NCBI GenBank assembly: GCA_945870865.1
Contig: CAMBTO010000001.1
Span: forward strand, 79,487-143,486
Direction: 5' to 3'
Length of the DNA stretch: 64,000 nucleotides
Source of the DNA: Klebsiella pneumoniae
GTDB lineage: Bacteria; Pseudomonadota; Gammaproteobacteria; Eutrophobiales; Eutrophobiaceae
The notes below the pieces were generated by a model. The model ran no database searches. It saw only the letters and a list, made by a program, of their open reading frames with translations, and was not told the DNA's origin. Positions within the stretch are counted from its first letter, which is position 1. Each line of letters opens with the position of its first letter. Below are positions 62,152-64,000 of the stretch, piece by piece. Made by a program: the position numbers and the translations under genes.

Positions 62152-63263
62152 ACAGATTGACGGTCATCCAGGCCCTGCCTGCCCTGAATACCGGTGGTGT
62201 CGAGCGCGGTACTGTGGAAGTCGCCGCCGAGTTGGTCAGGCGCGGGCATCGTTCAATCGTTGTGTCTGCCGGTGGGGAGTTACTGGATGAATTGCGATCC
62301 TGCGGCAGTGAGCACATCGCATTACCAATCGGAAAAAAATCGCTGACGACACTGAAATATATATCGCAACTGAGACAGATCTGCAGCGCAAATACAGCAT
62401 CTGTTCTCCATGCGCGATCCCGCTTGCCAGCATGGATCAGTTATCTGGCATGGAAAGGGATGGCCCCGTCTGTACGACCTCGTTTTGTCACCAGTGTGCA
62501 TGGCCCGTACAGTGTAAATTATTACAGCAAGATTATGACGTCCGGAGAACGCGTCATCGCGGTCTCAGCGTTTATACGATCCTATATTGAAGAAAACTAC
62601 CCTGATGTTGATCGGAAACGGATCACGGTTATTCCGCGCGGCGTCAGCAAATCAGACTATCCGTATGGTTACCGGCCGGATACGGCCTGGATGCAACAGT
62701 GGAGCAGTCAGCATCCCGAATTGCAAGGCAAGATATTGATTACACTGCCCGGCAGACTAACGCGCTGGAAAGGACAGGAAGATTTTTTGAGTATATTCTC
62801 TGGCCTGCCGGATAATATTCCGCTGCACGGACTGATTGTCGGCGGACCACATCCAAGGAAATTACGTTACCTGGATGAACTGAAAACCAGGGCCCGTGAG
62901 CTGGGCGTGGAACATCGCGTCACCTTTGCCGGTCACAGAACAGATTTGAAAAAAATCATGAGTATATCCACTATCGTCGTGTCATTGTCTGGCGAGCCCG
63001 AAGCCTTTGGCAGAACGGTCCTTGAGGCTTTGTGCCTCGGCATACCCGTGATCGCCTATGCGCACGGTGGTGCCGGTGAAATACTTGAGCGGGTCTTTCC
63101 GGATGGCATGGTGTCCTGTCATGACACCAGCGCGGTTAAAGATCGGATACTACAGTTTCTGCAACAACGGCCCGTGGTGCCCGATCAAAATCCATTCACC
63201 CTGCAATCCATGCTGGATAGCACGATGAATGTATATGAGGCACTGGCCAGGACATCCTCATGA
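62148..63263 (+). CDS. family 4 glycosyltransferase (GT-B)
   Basis: N-terminal LNTGGVERGTVEVAAELVRRGH and a C-terminal E...E GT4 motif (GEPEAFGRTVLEALCLGIPVIAYAHGG). Confidence 0.85.
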   Translation: MNRLTVIQALPALNTGGVERGTVEVAAELVRRGHRSIVVSAGGELLDELRSCGSEHIALPIGKKSLTTLKYISQLRQICSANTASVLHARSRLPAWISYLAWKGMAPSVRPRFVTSVHGPYSVNYYSKIMTSGERVIAVSAFIRSYIEENYPDVDRKRITVIPRGVSKSDYPYGYRPDTAWMQQWSSQHPELQGKILITLPGRLTRWKGQEDFLSIFSGLPDNIPLHGLIVGGPHPRKLRYLDELKTRARELGVEHRVTFAGHRTDLKKIMSISTIVVSLSGEPEAFGRTVLEALCLGIPVIAYAHGGAGEILERVFPDGMVSCHDTSAVKDRILQFLQQRPVVPDQNPFTLQSMLDSTMNVYEALARTSS

Positions 63264-64000
63264 GTACAGACGCCCTGCCGCTACAACAAAGACCGGCATT
63301 GGTTATGGCATGGTTAAAGTCTAATCTCGCACTGATTTTGTTGCTGCTGACATTGCTGCTTTTTACCAGCAAGTCTCTTTATAACCTTCCGGTTGCCATC
63401 ATGGCGCTGCTAGGCCTGTGGCGCAGCATAAGCAGAAGTCACGCTGTTTTTGCAGACCCGGCTATTCGAACTTACGCTGTTTTGTTCATGTCCTTATGGC
63501 TGCCCCTGCTTTTTTCCTTACCGGATGCTGTTAATGTCAGCCATTCAGCAAGAACTGTATTTCCCTATCTACGCTTTCTGTTTATGGGTATCTATGTGTT
63601 GAATGAACGTCATCGCATAAAAAATTTCCCACTATTGCAACTTTTTGCATTCTGGATCGCCGTATTCTGGTCGCTGGATGCTGTTGTCCAGTATCTCGCC
63701 GGATACAACCTGTTTGGTTACCCCTATGAACAGGGCCATATTACCGGCATGTTTTATCCGGACAATACCATTACCCATATCCTCGCCGCCCTGTCGCCCC
63801 TGTACTTTGATTCTGTACGGCGCTATGCCAGCAAATATCCTGTTGCCTGGTTACTGATCCTGCCCGTGTTTGCGGTGGTGCTGCTTGGTGGCAGACGGGC
63901 GGCCTGGATCATGCTGACAATAAGTGTGGGTGGATATCTTTTTTTCCTGCTGCGTTACACCGACACGTGGCAGACTACCCGAAACTATCTGCTGCTGACG
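63260..64000 (+). CDS. O-antigen ligase-like (Wzy_C family) polytopic membrane protein, 3'-partial at window end
   Basis: Open frame from ATG 63260, overlapping the GT4 stop by ATGA. It has multiple TM helices and a GGRRAAW segment, and there is no stop before the window end. Confidence 0.5.
   Translation, partial: MSTDALPLQQRPALVMAWLKSNLALILLLLTLLLFTSKSLYNLPVAIMALLGLWRSISRSHAVFADPAIRTYAVLFMSLWLPLLFSLPDAVNVSHSARTVFPYLRFLFMGIYVLNERHRIKNFPLLQLFAFWIAVFWSLDAVVQYLAGYNLFGYPYEQGHITGMFYPDNTITHILAALSPLYFDSVRRYASKYPVAWLLILPVFAVVLLGGRRAAWIMLTISVGGYLFFLLRYTDTWQTTRNYLLLT

Overview
This is a 64 kb gammaproteobacterial chromosomal segment of roughly 50-55% GC. Its core synteny resembles Pseudomonas: aspS, yebC, ruvCAB, ybgC-tolQRAB-pal-cpoB, queE-queC, then kdsDC-lptCAB-rpoN-hpf-ptsN-hprK-rapZ-ptsO, polA, hisAF-hisIE-tatABC, ilvE and an LPS-core locus. 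There is one tRNA-Lys(UUU). I found no CRISPR array, transposase or integrase. The window holds three accessory-looking insertions. (i) Positions 29.7-40.5 kb carry a lipid-biosynthesis island. A minus-strand operon encodes a fatty acyl-AMP ligase / acyl-ACP synthetase, an NAD-dependent epimerase-family reductase, a dedicated ACP and a serine-palmitoyltransferase-like alpha-oxoamine synthase. This is the gene set of bacterial ceramide synthesis. It faces a divergent plus-strand operon encoding a GNAT-like candidate N-acyltransferase, lptF, lptG, a DAGK-family lipid kinase, a Tam41/Mmp37-like CTP-dependent nucleotidyltransferase and an LpxO-like Asp/Asn beta-hydroxylase-family dioxygenase. Together this looks like an undescribed sphingolipid or anionic-lipid pathway, possibly running through a nucleotide-activated ceramide-phosphate intermediate, and it is physically fused to the LPS export permease genes. 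It is flanked by AT-rich non-coding DNA and by an OMP-less RND pump. (ii) A Nudix-wHTH NrtR-like regulator, preceded by a perfect 17-bp inverted repeat, sits with nadA and an alpha/beta hydrolase between aspS and yebC. (iii) A module at 3-5.9 kb pairs a soluble Dpm1-like GT2 with a 725-aa polytopic membrane protein. Other observations are a roughly 100-bp near-perfect hairpin filling the queC/RND convergent gap, a 17-bp inverted repeat between ruvA and ruvB, and a LOG-family gene interrupted by an in-frame TAA. All family assignments rest on recalled motifs and remembered homologue sequences; no database search was possible.
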